Both the position numbers and the translations under genes were made by a program. A stretch of 61,947 bases of DNA, filler included, from Choristocarpus tenellus KU-1152 (lineage: Eukaryota; Protista; Phaeophyceae), in assembly GCA_964200185.2 (NCBI GenBank). It is 9 parts of 9 records of this genome, joined end to end, with 100 filler letters (N's around TTAATTAATTAA, not from the genome) between each part and the next. Parts side by side here need not be neighbours in the genome. Positions count along the whole stretch, not along the records: positions 1 to 12,952 come from CAXNAD020001640.1; positions 13,053 to 18,419 come from CAXNAD020011014.1; 7 more parts are not named here. One strand, given 5' to 3'. This document shows, piece after piece, positions 1-13,439 of the stretch. Position 1 is the stretch's first letter, and each line of letters starts with the position of its first letter. The notes beneath the pieces were generated by a model. The model ran no database searches. It saw only the letters and a list, made by a program, of their open reading frames with translations, and was not told the DNA's origin.

Positions 1-1229
1 GAGTGAGCTAGAGGTGCTCAGTGAGGGGACAATGACAATCAATAAAAATAATAACCAACAATTACTGTGCATCTGGGGTCTTATGCATAAAGAAAAAAAG
101 AACAGAGATGGGGACAAAAAACAAAATAGAAAGAGGGACACAAGGTAACAGTGGGACGCACTTGATGTAAGTTCCGAAGTAACTTAGATGACGTGTGCTA
201 TGATGTTCCTGTGTGTGATGTGGATCAACTGAATATCAACTGATGCTATTCTTCTATCTAATATCATCGATGTGATGATGAGTTGAAATGCGCAATAAAT
301 AATGAACACTAACAACCAGAGTAGTGCAGTGCACCAATCAAAAGTCAGTACAAGCTGGTAGTATTGTGTATCATATCAACAAGAAACAAATGAGTAGCCT
401 ATGTTTTAACATTCCAAGCCATATTCCTTAACCTGTGCTACACCCTCTATTTCATAGTTTTTTGTGCTTAACAGTGGCAGCAAAGATTATGTCGACACCA
501 CAAATCAGCAAAGACTCTTTCTGCAATTCTACAAAATGGTGACTTTTATTTTTCTCTGGATCCGCAACCCTGCCTACCTCTCATTTGCTTTCGCTCAATG
601 CTTGTCCTTGGAAATGAGAATATCACAAAGCAAAATCCATACCAAATAGGATGAGTTTGAAGTTGTTGGAAAGTGTGTGCTATGTGTGGTGGGAATGGAA
701 GGATTGTAATATTCAACCAGAGTACACATCATGTTGTGCAAAAAAATGGGTTCAAATTGAACAAAAAGAGGGGAGAAATGGGTGAGGGGCACAGATAGTG
801 TAAGAGGAAGGTAGGTTGTACCTATCAACATGGTAACGACAACGGATATAGAACGATTTAGTAAGGATCTCGTGATGGAAGGGCCAATATCCAACTTGGT
901 GTTCATTATACCCGTTTTTAGCCAAGAATGATACAGGTACACCCGTTCTTGTCAACTGTCCATTCATTGTTTTTTCACCATCAATATGATATTTATCATA
1001 ATGTAAAAAATCTCCTTGGAGTGTTAAAGAAAACTCGCAACTACACTAAACTATTTTTACAATTTCTCTGCCTTATGTGATGCAACGTGGTCCATAACTG
1101 TGTTGTTGGTTGCAGCACATGCTCCCCCTTTCCCCAATAATAAGCGAAGAACCGAATATAATCCTCCTATAACGCCATCCTCACTTCCCTCTTGGAGAGA
1201 AGATAGGGAAGAATTCATCACGGTACTGG

Positions 1230-4200
1230 ATGACGAGAGGAAGAAACGGACACCTGGGGTCATTGGTGATACTGATCCTCGTGGCTTGGTATTCGTCTCG
1301 TGGCAGCGGGTTTCTGCCTGCGCCAAGCGTTACTCTAGGACGATGGACGAAGAATGGGAGGGTGCGAGATGGTGGATGGAAGGTTGATGAAGCTGGTGTG
1401 GCACCCACACCAGCCGTATGCCGTCGCAGTGTGAGCGCCTTGTACATGGTATCTAGGCGTACGGGAATGGGGACGCAAGTCGTTTTCATCAGGCACGGAA
1501 TGAGCACGTTCAATAAACTAAACATATTCACGGTGAGAAGAATTTCACAAAATTGCAAGCAATCTTCTCCAGCGTACAATAATGTATGGCATCACTCCGT
1601 CCCCCTGCATATCGCCTGCATCCCCATCCTCTCTGAATCTCCGATTCGACTGACACCTATTCCCTCTCCTCCCCCCCCCACCTCCCTCTTCAATGATGAA
1701 GGGATGGTGTGATGTCCCTCTGGCGGAAGAGGGGAAGGTCGAGGCTTACGAGGCGGGAAAGCTACTGGCTGCAGCTGGCTACCGTTTCGACATTGCCCAT
1801 TCTTCAGTTCTCAAGCGGGCGTGCATATCCCTGCACCGCTTGCTGGACGGATGTGGGCAGCCGTATGTACCTATCACGACTAATTGGAAGCTGAATGAGA
1901 GGTCTGTCCGTGCTTGTGCTTGACCTCACAAAGTTATTTCCATGCCTTGAACAATATTTTTGTTGGCGGGGGTTTTCCTTGGAAAACCTTCGAACCAGTT
2001 CTTAGTTTTGTTTTATCGGTCAGCTGCAGAATGAACTGTTTGTTATAGTGTCCTTAACCCATCTTTTGTTGCCCCTCCTCCACAAGACTTCTACCTACAT
2101 ATCACTGCAGCTGGGAGGTTTGGAGTTTGACGAATAAAGTTTGATGACTTTCCTCCTCTTTGCATTGTGCTGGGTTAAGGCGATTATAGGACCTGATGGG
2201 ATACATTAGGCAGTCTAGTTATGTACTCTGTTGAACTTAAAGTGGTGACTATTGGATTCTCTACACATTTTGAATCAGTGGGTTCATAACATAAGATTCA
2301 ATGCAAAACATTATTTGTCCTGTGCCTTGCATATTGAGTGAGATAAATTGCCAGACTTACAGTGCGCTGTTTTGTTAGAAATGATCTTAATTCAACCTCT
2401 CTCTTCCCCCATCCTACTCATCCTGCCACACCTACCTCCTTTTTATGCCCTCTTACCCCAAACCCAACTTCACACACGACCCGATCTTCCCCTATTCTAC
2501 TCCCTTCCACCAAAATTGTCACATCCTGCCCAGGCACTATGGTGCCCTCCAGGGTAGGAACAAGGCGAATTTGGAAGAGGCAATGGGTCCCATTGTCATG
2601 GAGTGGAGGAGGGGTTATGCAACCCCCCCACCGCCTATGCTGGATACCCACCCCCACTGGAACCTGATCAATCGGGACACTCGCTACAGGGGTCTTATGG
2701 TTCCTACTACAGAGAGCCTCAAGGACACCGGTGACAGAGTGAGCTATCTTGTTGAATCTCCTCAAAGCTGGATTGCTAACAATTATTGGTAAATAGAGAC
2801 TCAGCATACAAAGGTTTGTATGTTGCTCTCTCACTCTCCTCCACTCACCACACACAAGCATACTATTTACGAACTGCCCTTGATTTGTGATTATTGGTGC
2901 TTAGATGGTATGAGTTTACTACTTGTCTGGAAGATATGAAAATGTGACATACAAGTCAAGACTATATGTTTGTTGAGTTGTAATTTCACAGGATTGCCAA
3001 CCAAAATATTAAGAGTTGAGGGAGTCTGGATGCACCCTTCCAGATGGATTATTTTGTTGTCATGCAATTTTTTCAGGTTCTGCCCAATCCTTTTGCTTCT
3101 TACCTTTGCTAACCTCCTTGTCTTTTTCATCACTTCTCCAGTCCTGTCCAGTACACCTCCTTGGTCCCTTCCTGTGAAACTACAGCATTAGTAGCACTAG
3201 TGATGTGGCGGGCAGGGCAGGGCAAAGGGAGTATACTTCCCATGTGTGGCTTTCAAATCCCAAACCATGCCACCCTGCCTCTAATCCTACTGACTCTATC
3301 TGCAGACCTTTACATAGTGCCGATCCTCAACCCTTACTTTTTACACAAACCCTAACCCTGAAATTGCAACTTTTCTAGCCCTTATCCTGCCTCTGGTTAT
3401 GACCAGTGGGGCAACTGTACCACTATTGTCAGTCAGTCCATATATTGTTTCATTTGTCTGCAGTAGAGTTGTTAGAGTTGTGATGGCTTTCATCCTCATC
3501 TCTCAACCTCCTACTGTTGCTCCTGTCTATGCCACAAGTCCATGCCTCATAACCCTGAGAGGTAGGTCAATTCAATAACTACATGATTTGCTACATCAAT
3601 AACAGGTGATGGGTTACTGGGAGGAGGAAATAGTTCCGCAAATCAAGGCAGGAAAAAGGGTTCTAGTTGTAGCACATGCCAACACTCTTCGGAGTCTGGT
3701 AAAGAGGTGAGAAAATGTGCAATGGAGGGGAAAAGGAATCCTGGTGCACCCTTCCTTCTCTTCCTCCCAGCTGATTTCACAAATAAGCTGAAAGTGTGAT
3801 GTGTTTTGAACTTGCCCATGCACCTCAATTACTTTGGAAAGCAGTTTGCCATGAAATCTGTTTCAAATTGCTTTTTTCTGTTTCTTGTGGGAGAGGATTG
3901 GATGGGATTTGATTGGGTGGGTGTGCCTATCCATTTGGAGACCACTGTTGTGTTGATTATTGTGAGATTCACTGAGACTTTTCATGTATGTACTTTTTTT
4001 TTTCTTTTCCATCTGTTCATAATCATGCTCTCCCTTCTCCCTATCCCAACATGACCAACTCTATGCAAGACCCAAGACCGCCTACCTGCACCTCCATTTG
4101 TTGTGCTCATCTATTGGTGAAGCGGAAACATATTTTTTTCTGATGTTCAGTTTTTCTGCTCACTATTCTTGTAGAACGTGGTTGTCCTTGCTAGGTAGAA

Positions 4201-6304
4201 GGGGCACCTTGGTAATCTCTAATGTTAGTGCACATATTTGACTGTTTTTCCCCTTGAAAGGAGAAAAACATGCGGCATTTTGTCACAATACCCCTCTTGC
4301 AAGACAGCCTCAACCCAGGTATTTCCAAACTGATCCCCCCCTTCCTTCTCCCTACTACCCGTACGGTTTACACCTGGTTTGCCTTGGGCTTACAATCTCT
4401 TTTTTTGAGAAGTGCCTGCCTGGCTGTCATTGATACAAATATATATATATATATATATATATATTTTGTGTGTTAGATGTGCGGCACAATGTTGACTCAT
4501 TCATGCTCCCTTTGTCCACTGTCTGCGCACTTTGCTAGGCTGGATGGAATTGATGAGGAATCCATCAAGAGCCTCAAGATTCCAACAGGGGAACCGTTTG
4601 TGTATGACTTTGACCGCCTCATGCAACCGCTGGGGGAGCCAGATCACCTGGGATTCCGTGGCCGGTTTGTTGGAGGTGAGAAACTCTGGGGCATGGGCTT
4701 CGACCGGGTGCCACTAGAGCTAGAGTTGGTGCTCTAGGGTAGGTGAAGTAACCTGGAGGCTTGCTACATTGGAGTTTGAGGCAGAGAAGTGAGGAGGTTA
4801 TTCGAGTCCTGATCTGGTCACTACTGAAACATAGCATCGTATTTCGTGCTTACTTTCTTGACCTTTAAAATGGGAAGGTTGTAAACACAAGGTTTTACTG
4901 CTTCAACTAACCCCTATCTGCAATGACTTCTGCTACCAGATTTGATGGAGGGAGAGAAGGAGTCGGCAGTGGATGAATACAAGCGTTTAGAGCAGGTGAG
5001 AGTGAGGGGTAGCACGGACTCTACTAGGTTATGGATGATGAATGCAAGTCCACTTTATTGTTGAGGGTGTGTAATGTGAACAAGGGGTGTCACAGAGATA
5101 TGTTCCTTGTTTACCAGGCCAGGGAAAGGATTTTGGGACGCAGGAGGAGGTGTGAACAAGGAAGAAATGCTGGGTTCAGGGAAATCTTGGTTGATTTTTT
5201 TTTTGAGGTGAACTGCAGGCTGATCTGACAACCCCCTATTTGTGCTGAAAAACAGAGTGGGTTGGTGGGACGGTATGGTATTATTGACCTATACACTACT
5301 AACACCAACTGTTTATTACGAAGTCGAACCTTTCCACAGCTGAACAGAATCGACCTGTATTTTGCAAGTTCATTTTGGGGTGTATGTCACTCATGTGGTC
5401 TTTCAGGTAAGAATCGAATTGTTCGAACAAAATATTTGGGTTAGCATGGGTTGAAGCCGGAGAGGTTGGAATGGTGGGTGTTGTAGAGAATGTGCGGAGT
5501 GCATCATGGGTGCCGAGCTGGTAGTGTTAGTGTTTCTCGAGGTTGTGTTAAATGTTTACAGAAATATCAACAAAGTGTAAATGTTGGAGAGAACTTGATG
5601 ACCAGGGAAACATGCAATAGGGAAAGTATCAGGGGTCTTAAGGCAGGATCATTGTGGGGCAATGACGTTGGTGTTGGAAACTTGTGGCCCGGAGACTTGA
5701 GCTTTGTTGGAGCTTGAGGTGGAAGGCTACGTGGGCGTGAAGCCGAAATTTGCACAATAACATGAGGGTTTTCCTTGGGTATAGTTGAAATTTGTCTTGA
5801 CACTGGATAAGATTTAGCTCGTCATCTCTTGAGCCTAGATGCACACTGCCCCCTGATCAACACACACCGTACAGACTTATTACCACCTCCACTGGTGCTT
5901 AGCCCTAACTCTTCAATATGCAATTTTTTGACCATTAGGCATGCTTTGATAAATGGAAGGACAACCCGGAGGAAGTACCAGAAGAATGCCTCTGCACGCC
6001 TGACTATGATGGGGAAGACCAAGCCAGTGTTGGCCTAGACCGATATTCGGTCGGCTACGACCTTCCTCGCCCTGCAACAAGTACTGTGGCTGTTGGGGAA
6101 GAAGTGGTTGCTGGTGCACCTTTAGTGGAGGTAGATGACCTGCTGGAGGACTTACCCCTTGTGCCACCAACCCCAGGAGGAGAAAATGCGGACCTAGGAG
6201 GGTCAGACCTAGGAGGGTCAGAAGTGGGACCGACAGGTAGCGTTGCTAGAGATACTACCAGATCATCTGAGCACCAGGAAGCTGGGGACCGTATTCCTGT
6301 GTAA
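1230..6304 (+). CDS. gpmA: 2,3-bisphosphoglycerate-dependent phosphoglycerate mutase (histidine phosphatase family), 7 exons, predicted plastid-targeted
   Basis: Phase-consistent GT-AG exons 1230-1532, 1702-1901, 2534-2738, 3606-3706, 4539-4675, 4940-4995 and 5939-6304. Motifs FIRHGMS, IFT|GWCDVPL, WKLNE(R)[26 protein letters not shown] and [11 protein letters not shown]. The last two exons are less certain than the first five. Confidence 0.92.
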
Positions 6305-9300
6305 TTTTAGAGGGGTCAGAGCTCTTAGAGGTGGAATGGAGTGGCAGTGACAGTTGAAATAGTGATGTGAACATGTTTTCTTGGGAGTGTGCATGTCTCA
6401 GTTGGCAAGATATGTCCTTGGTGACATGTTTTACATATATCCTGATCATGCCTTCTAGTGCTGCCTTGGAGCAGTCCAACTCTATTTGGTTGGTTGTGTG
6501 AAGGATATATATATATATCTTGTAGGAGACTTGTGAGATTTGTGTAGCCAGGTGGAAGGTGATCCATGAGGAAATTAAAGTGTTTTGTATAATTTAAGAA
6601 AAAACTGATGGACAGTTTCCCCCTCAAGTTGTGTTTGATTTTCAAGTATGTCTGTTGCTTGTGTGTAGGTAAGATCCCTCCTGAGGCAGGCACAAGTTGT
6701 CCTGTGGGACCTCTATCCTATCTTAATCTGTCTCCTAGTAGATATTCCAGACTCAGTAGACAAAGTGTTTGATCTTGTGATTGTTATTGAAGGGAGACTT
6801 GTATCTGTTGCTACCTATTAGAGCAATTTTGCATCTAGCTAGCAATGCTTGTGGGTGCCTCAAAGTTGGTTTGAATGAAGCCTGGGCACAGGTCGATTAT
6901 CAGTCGACCAACACTGATTTTTTTATTGGTGTGGCCCACGTTGGAAATGAAAGAATTGAGCCCCTTGCATGATTAGTCTTGTTCGTGATGTGTTGTGTTA
7001 ATAAAATATTCAGAGCTGAAACTATGATAGCCGCCGGAAGTATTGGAGGCTGTGTTGGGTTAAACCTGGTGAACATCTTGTTTTATAGGAATACATGCAG
7101 TGCATGAGGGGAGGTGAGGTGTGTAACTCAACGATCAATGCAGCGTGGTCACGAAGAGACATTTAGTGCTGTGTATCTGAAGCTTTTGATGCAAATTGTG
7201 CAATGAGCGTACAAAAAAGAAACACATTTTTTTGAGATCTGAACTTAATGCAATCCTTTCCAGGTACAACATCACGTTTGAAAAAAGCTCAGGAGGGCAA
7301 CCCATTTTTGGAAATGCCAGAAACCAGAAGTGTGAAGGGGGAAGAGTTGTAGCTTGAATCAAGGAACAATACTATTTCTACTGCAGACATTCTATAATGC
7401 TTGAAAATCTTTCTGAGGCAATTTCCACTCAGGGGTCCATAGTATTGCAGTAGTTCCTGGTATAGGTTGAGGGTATTCATAGACTAGAGCCTCTTTTGCA
7501 TGTGCGACTGATTATTGACTGATAATGCAAACACAAACTGGGAGACGGTGGCAAGGTCCTTCCATCTCTTGCTCATCTACCGCGTTCAAAGTTGGAGGAA
7601 GTATTCCACATTAGGTGTATGTTTATGTGTGGCAAATCAGGAAGGACAGAAATAGTTGATATTAATTACTCTGGGAGCGCATACATACAGAAGAAACACA
7701 GAGGTTGTTCTCTGAAAACTAACAAAATTCTTCACCTATGTCAAGATTATGCTCGACCATTTGTGAGAATATGATTTGAAGTATTATTTTATGTACGCGC
7801 AGATGATAATGCGGGACATTCGGGATATTTAGGCGGGGTATTTGGCCAGAAGTAATCGGCGGACTGTTATCGTCGGAGTGTTTCTGACGTGTACTAGAGA
7901 ATTGTCGAGTCATTTGGTATTCTGAGTCATTTAATCTAAGGATTGGTTAGCCCCACCTAGTGAAGGTATCTCACTCTCTTCTCGACTGTGATACAAGCTA
8001 ATAAACAATAATATAACTGGTTGTGTGGGACAACAGATCGTTAAGGACAGCTTATTAACAACCTTAAGCATTTCCAGCAACTGTCCAGCCTCCTTAGCTC
8101 CTTAGCTTGACCAATCCAATTAAACTCCCCTAACAGGAACAGGTGTATGTTTAATTTAATATGATCAGGAGGTAGAGCCAAACAAAACGGACTCTTGCAC
8201 CCCAGCCTCCCTGACATCGACCGAGACAACCAGGCCTTTCAACTGACTCTTATTCTGTCAGCACACACATTTGAGGTGATATCAACCATATCATTCAAAT
8301 GATGTGGGGACTATCTTGAAGGTTATTCGTGGTTGCGGAGGTATCTTCTGGGCAAGATTTTGAGCGAGGAGTGGGACTTACTTTACGCCTCATAAACATA
8401 TTTTCAACCAAAAGACACGAACAAGCTCCACATACATGTCTTGTTTCTGCGTGATGCCAAGATCCCCTTCTGCCCATGCCCAATCAGGACGCGAGTCCCC
8501 TCGGTCATGGACCAGTGTGCAACAATATGTTCGTTCGCCTAATGCAACTTGAGCGTTCCCATGGGCACAACCATCATACCTGTCAACGTAGGGGTGAGAA
8601 AAGAAAGCTGGTACAGTGCAGCGGCAGTGGTGACCACCAACACAATACGCACAAGACTCTTCTCAAGTTCACAAACCACTCTCTAGTGTTGGGAAGGAAA
8701 AATATTTGGAGGTGGTCCCTTTCGGCATTCGTTCGTTTTCTCTCTTCCCGTTTCGCTGGAACTTTCACTACAGCTTCCATTTCCTGACGAAAATCTTCAA
8801 GCGCACAAATAGTGTTGGCTGACAAGGGAGGTCTAGGCCTCATACTGTCAATAGATTTCTATCAGTAGTGGAGGAGCTTGCAAGAAATTTTGCGATTTTG
8901 TACCATATACCCACAACCTCAAGCATGCCCCCTAGAGGTAAGGCATACTGGCTACAGCATACTGGCATGCGCCAGGTCCAGAGCACCGACCAAAGGATAT
9001 CAACAATATCCACACGTCACTGATCTCCAGAAACCATACCATTACCAACTTGAGGCAACACTTTTTGTTCCCATCAACCTTGTATTTCGAACGTTGTAAC
9101 CGTTGGACAGGAACATCTTCGTCCATATACATCCACAATTGGTGGTCGTTATCTACCGCTGTGAACGACCTTGTAACATTAGTGTTCCTACAACATAGTT
9201 GACTATCATACATATGTGTAGATTGATTTCTATCGGAATTGAACGATCATCTTAGTTAGGGTTAGGGTTTAAAAAAAGAAGTTACCAATCTTCGATCTAT

Positions 9301-9337
9301 GTCAAAGCATCTTCAACACATGTTAAGAGAGGTTCGA

Positions 9338-11300
9338 TGCGAGCATTAGTGTCTGGGGTACTACGTTTCCGTGGAGGGATTGGTCTCTTGACTAACCTCA
9401 ACAGGTGAGTATCCACCATGTTTTGGCGGTGGTTGAGATCTTGGTTGATGTGTATCGTTAAACTACGATTGATTTCCGTCTTTCTTACTCTCTACCAGAT
9501 CAACGCAACCATGTACCAGCGATGCTGGTGGAACTTCTAGGCGTGAACCGACTCCCCAAGAAATCAAGGTATACTCGTACCATATTATTTGGAGGGGGGG
9601 TGGGTTTTGTGCTTAAGATGCATTGATTATGCCAAGTTTAGGACACCCATTCTAAGATCTCTTCTTTGCTATAGGCTGTCTACTCCTATGGGTTCAAGTT
9701 GTGTATGCGTTTCTCGCTGTTTTCCATGCGAAACATTCTAGCCCCATCCAATATGCTCCGGTGCCGATCCCGGCCTGGGAGCACGATGATGGAACCAATT
9801 GGATTGTGCAGGAAGAAGTATCTGTTATAAACAGAGCTCGCCAGTTCTCCGAGAATATTGCTACCAAAGTCTTTTGCTGAGGCCTGGCCTCTCCTTGAAT
9901 TAAACCATTACTGTATCTAGTCCGTAGGATATGGTTTTCCCACACCACTCTTTTCTTCGTCCGTGTGCGTCCATGAACTTCTTTGGTGTGTGGACCATAC
10001 ACCAATTTATATTGTCAATGGAGTTCCCACAACTCAACGGGCCAACGCTTGAGTTATGATACTTTCTTGCACGTGTTACCTGTGGAAAGATGATTCTTAT
10101 GCTGCATACCTCCTCTGGAGTCGCAACTCATCCCGAAGACTATTGATATTATGGATTTGGCGCCTTCTGAAACCCGAACTTTTTCCATGATGTATTTCGC
10201 AATAGACAAGAATTCATCGAAACACATTTTTGTGTGGTATTAGCGAGCAAGGACGGGCCTCTCTCCAGGTCATAGGATGCTCTCTTTGGCCTCTCTTTGA
10301 CCTCAGGCACAACGAAGCTGTTGTCATGATCAGTTGCCAGAATCTTCCAAATTGATGCCACTGATGGGAGGAGAGTACTAACCTTTCCCTTTCTTTACAC
10401 CACGGTCAAATGACGCCTTTGAGAATGTAGCACCCTCCCCTATGCCTCGATAATTCCAAAATTGCACAACAATCAATTGTCTGCAAAGTGTACAGTTTCA
10501 GCATGCATGTTTTGGGGGGGTCAGCAGTGTGGTGAAAAAATTGGATGGAATATTATATTGGAAGACCATAAACTTGATTGTATGTCTGCGTATCAGGCTG
10601 TGGTTAGGATGGGCACAAAAAGAGCACTGTAGTTTGTGGCCGTTGACCAAGGACTTTCTAGTGGCAACATCCCCCTTAATATAGTTCTGTACAATAGAAT
10701 CATCCATGTTATTTGCGCAACTCACATAATGTACAGTTGTGGATGTACCTTGGCCTCACTGTTGCAGCTGCTTTGCACTCCCTCCAAACCAACCACCTTT
10801 GTTCCCCCGTGCATACAATCCTAATTTCCATTCATGAAATACCTGTTGTCAGGTCAAGGTTGCAGCTTCATGGGATGCTTCAGCGACCTATGTTAAGAGA
10901 TTCCAGGGGGATGAAGGGGTGGGTGGTCGCAGGGTGGGGGGTTCGCCTCCAAGACTTCAAGGTTTCGGTGTGAGCTACAAGTTGACAACTCGGCTTGTGG
11001 CTGCAGTCACTGACAAGGTAGGGTCTGAACTGCTGGGTAATTTTGCCTTGCGCACACTGCATCCACCATACAAGTGGGGACTCCATTGGAGCAGGGTTAG
11101 TACACAACTATGTGGAGTTTTGAGGAGTTTGTCTTGCGCTCAGTGAACAGCTCTGGACTTTCATCAGTAGCTAGTGGAACATGTCATTGGCCGACAAGAG
11201 ATGACCCAAGGCGTACCGGCACTCCAGAGTAGTACGCAAGAGGATATTGCAAGTGTGATACAGTAGAACCTTTGCGATCTCAGGCCCCTTAGTCATTTTC
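9338..11300 (+). pseudogene. Degraded spliced gene of unknown family
   Basis: In-frame exon-like pieces with good splice signals (MRALVSGVLRFRGGIGLLTNLN-R|gtgagt; ccag|..STQPCTSDAGGTSRREPTPQEIK|gtatac; atag| at about 9675), followed by coding-like frames broken by stops and frameshifts. No family recognised. Confidence 0.25.
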
Positions 11301-12952
11301 GATGTGATAGGGTCACGGTGTAGAGCTCCTTTCACCTTCATGGATATGCCCCATGCTAAAGGAACACATTGTGCAGATTGATTGCATTGCCACTTTACAC
11401 ACATCTTTACACACAAACACACACACACACACACAACACACAACACACAACACACAACACATACAAAACCATTTAGTCTTGGCGTGGCCAAGCAACAATG
11501 CTGAGTGAGGAGGGGTGAGGATAGTTGTGGGGAATGAATGTGCCCCTTCTGATGCCACTGCCTGTAAGCCACACAATGCACGATTCTGCTCAAGTGCCCA
11601 TCAGTGGGCAGCAGAGTTATTTTAATATACCTTACCTTCTGCTGGTGTTGCCAATCTCCCCTTACATGGTGTGATATTAATGCCTTCGAAACAGAGGTGT
11701 GAGTACCCAAGAAGCCATTCATGCAAGACCAGGGCAACCCATGCTGCACCGGGTGAGGGGGCTACCTTGTGTGAAGCTCACAAGACTGATGATATGGTGA
11801 GTGCAGTGCTTGCACTCTGACACAGGGATTGCAGTTATCTTCAATTGGTGAGAAGTTGGTGGGAGTGAGGTGGCTTGGAGGAATTCAAGGGGGGAAAGGA
11901 TGTGGATACAAATATTAATGAAGGCGTACATGATCATGCCATTTTTTTTGTGGTTGGTGCTAATGTTGTTGCAGCAAGAGTCTTTTTGACTTACTATCAT
12001 GGCAGCAGAGGGACGTGTTGATTCCGTGCCTGTTGCCGTATTGTCAAGTTCTGGACTATCATGCAGTAGAGCATTCTACTTACTCCTCCTTTGTGAGTTT
12101 CTCCCTAGATTTTCTTTTTTTTCTTTTTTATTAATGGAGGGGGAAAAAAAAGGGAGGGGTTTCGAGATGACCGCTGTTCTTGTCATATCCCTTGCGTACT
12201 GAATGAAGTGTTTGCGGAAATGGGAATGGAATCAACCAATATTGATTTGAATCAACCAATAGCGAGTTGTTTGGTGACAACCACGCTGCAACTAGAGACC
12301 AACCTCTAAGTCACTGCAAGAAACTATGATGGTTGTGTATAAACTGAACAGGACTGAGTACCGTACAGTGTATTCCTTTTCTTTTTCTTTTTTTTCTCAA
12401 ACCTCATGCAAAGAAAAAACGCCACCAGTGGCGCGCCACCACCACCAGGATAAAAAATAGAACCCCTGTCGCCGTTCTCTATCAATGAGGTGATTCAGCA
12501 ATTGTGTTGGCCTGACAATCAATGCGTGTATCTCTTGTTCTTTTTTTTTCATGCAAAACCCCAAAGGCTGCGGTAAAGTCTACCGGCTCTCTGGTGGTGT
12601 TGGACGTGGCTTCTGCTGGGGGTGAGCCTGCCTTCACCATTGCCAAGGTGTGTGCATACGTGTGTGTGCGTGTGTGTGTGTGTGCTTGAAGTCAGAGTAC
12701 AAGTTTGGAGATGGAATATAGTTTGGAGATGGAATATTGGGGGCGATGTGAATGGGGCAACGAACTGGGGTCTTCACTCTTTGTTTATTGGTATATCCGG
12801 AGGGTACTGTGTGGATTCAGAATGCAGAACTCCTGGGAGGTAAGGAATGTCTCGCAAACAGATGCCCACTCAAGGAAGGGTAGCGTGTGTTGGGGGGGGG
12901 GGGGGGGGGGGGTCTAAACTTTTGGTTGGTGCTTTGTGATTTCGGCCAGGAC

Positions 12953-13052
12953 NNNNNNNNNNNNNNNNNNNNNNNNNNNNNNNNNNNNNNNNNNNNTTAA
13001 TTAATTAANNNNNNNNNNNNNNNNNNNNNNNNNNNNNNNNNNNNNNNNNNNN
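12953..13052. other. Artificial contig linker (44N-TTAATTAATTAA-44N)
   Basis: Identical 100-bp spacer with stops in all six frames, present 8 times in the window. Confidence 0.99.
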
Positions 13053-13439
13053 AAAACCTTTCGGTACTTCTTAAAGACCGTTTTCGCAAAACAAACATCC
13101 TCATAGTCCCGCTCCATCCCCAATTTTGCGAATCCACTGTTCTACGAACAGGAGGCAAATGTTGATCCACACAGGAAGCGCACATCGCCTTCCAGAGGAC
13201 CTGAAGACTGTATACCCAAAGGCAATCACAAGAGACCCAAATACTTAGCAACACGTCACTCTAAAGATAGGACGACTAACTGGTCAGTTTTTGCACCTCC
13301 TAGCACTGGGGAGGAGGAGGTAGTTCCCACGACGTGATAGGGAGGTGGTTGGAGCTGGAGTGGTGGTGTTCATTGGTTTGTTGTTTTTGTCCCCGAAGGG
13401 ACGGACCTCACTTGGCTTTAGTGTAATACCAAGGAAATC

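Noticed and set aside
4676-4737. Read-through stop at 4737 as the end of the mutase gene
   Set aside because: A strong G|GTGAG donor at 4676 and a phase-matched exon at 4940-4995 favour splicing. Not excluded without RNA data.
5118-5228. Alternative last exon of the mutase ([10 protein letters not shown]...)
   Set aside because: In frame, but it has a weaker acceptor context and a T-run. The 5939-6304 exon has a branch-like site and a longer open frame.
9256-9267. TTAGGG dimers (also 23321, 56669 rc, 57526) as interstitial telomeres
   Set aside because: Only two units each; too short to call.
11171-11749. 192-aa minus-strand ORF
   Set aside because: It runs through CA microsatellite (VCVC tracts) and has no recognisable domain.
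12997-13008. TTAATTAATTAA as a biological motif or CRISPR-like repeat
   Set aside because: Always centred in N runs; an assembly linker.
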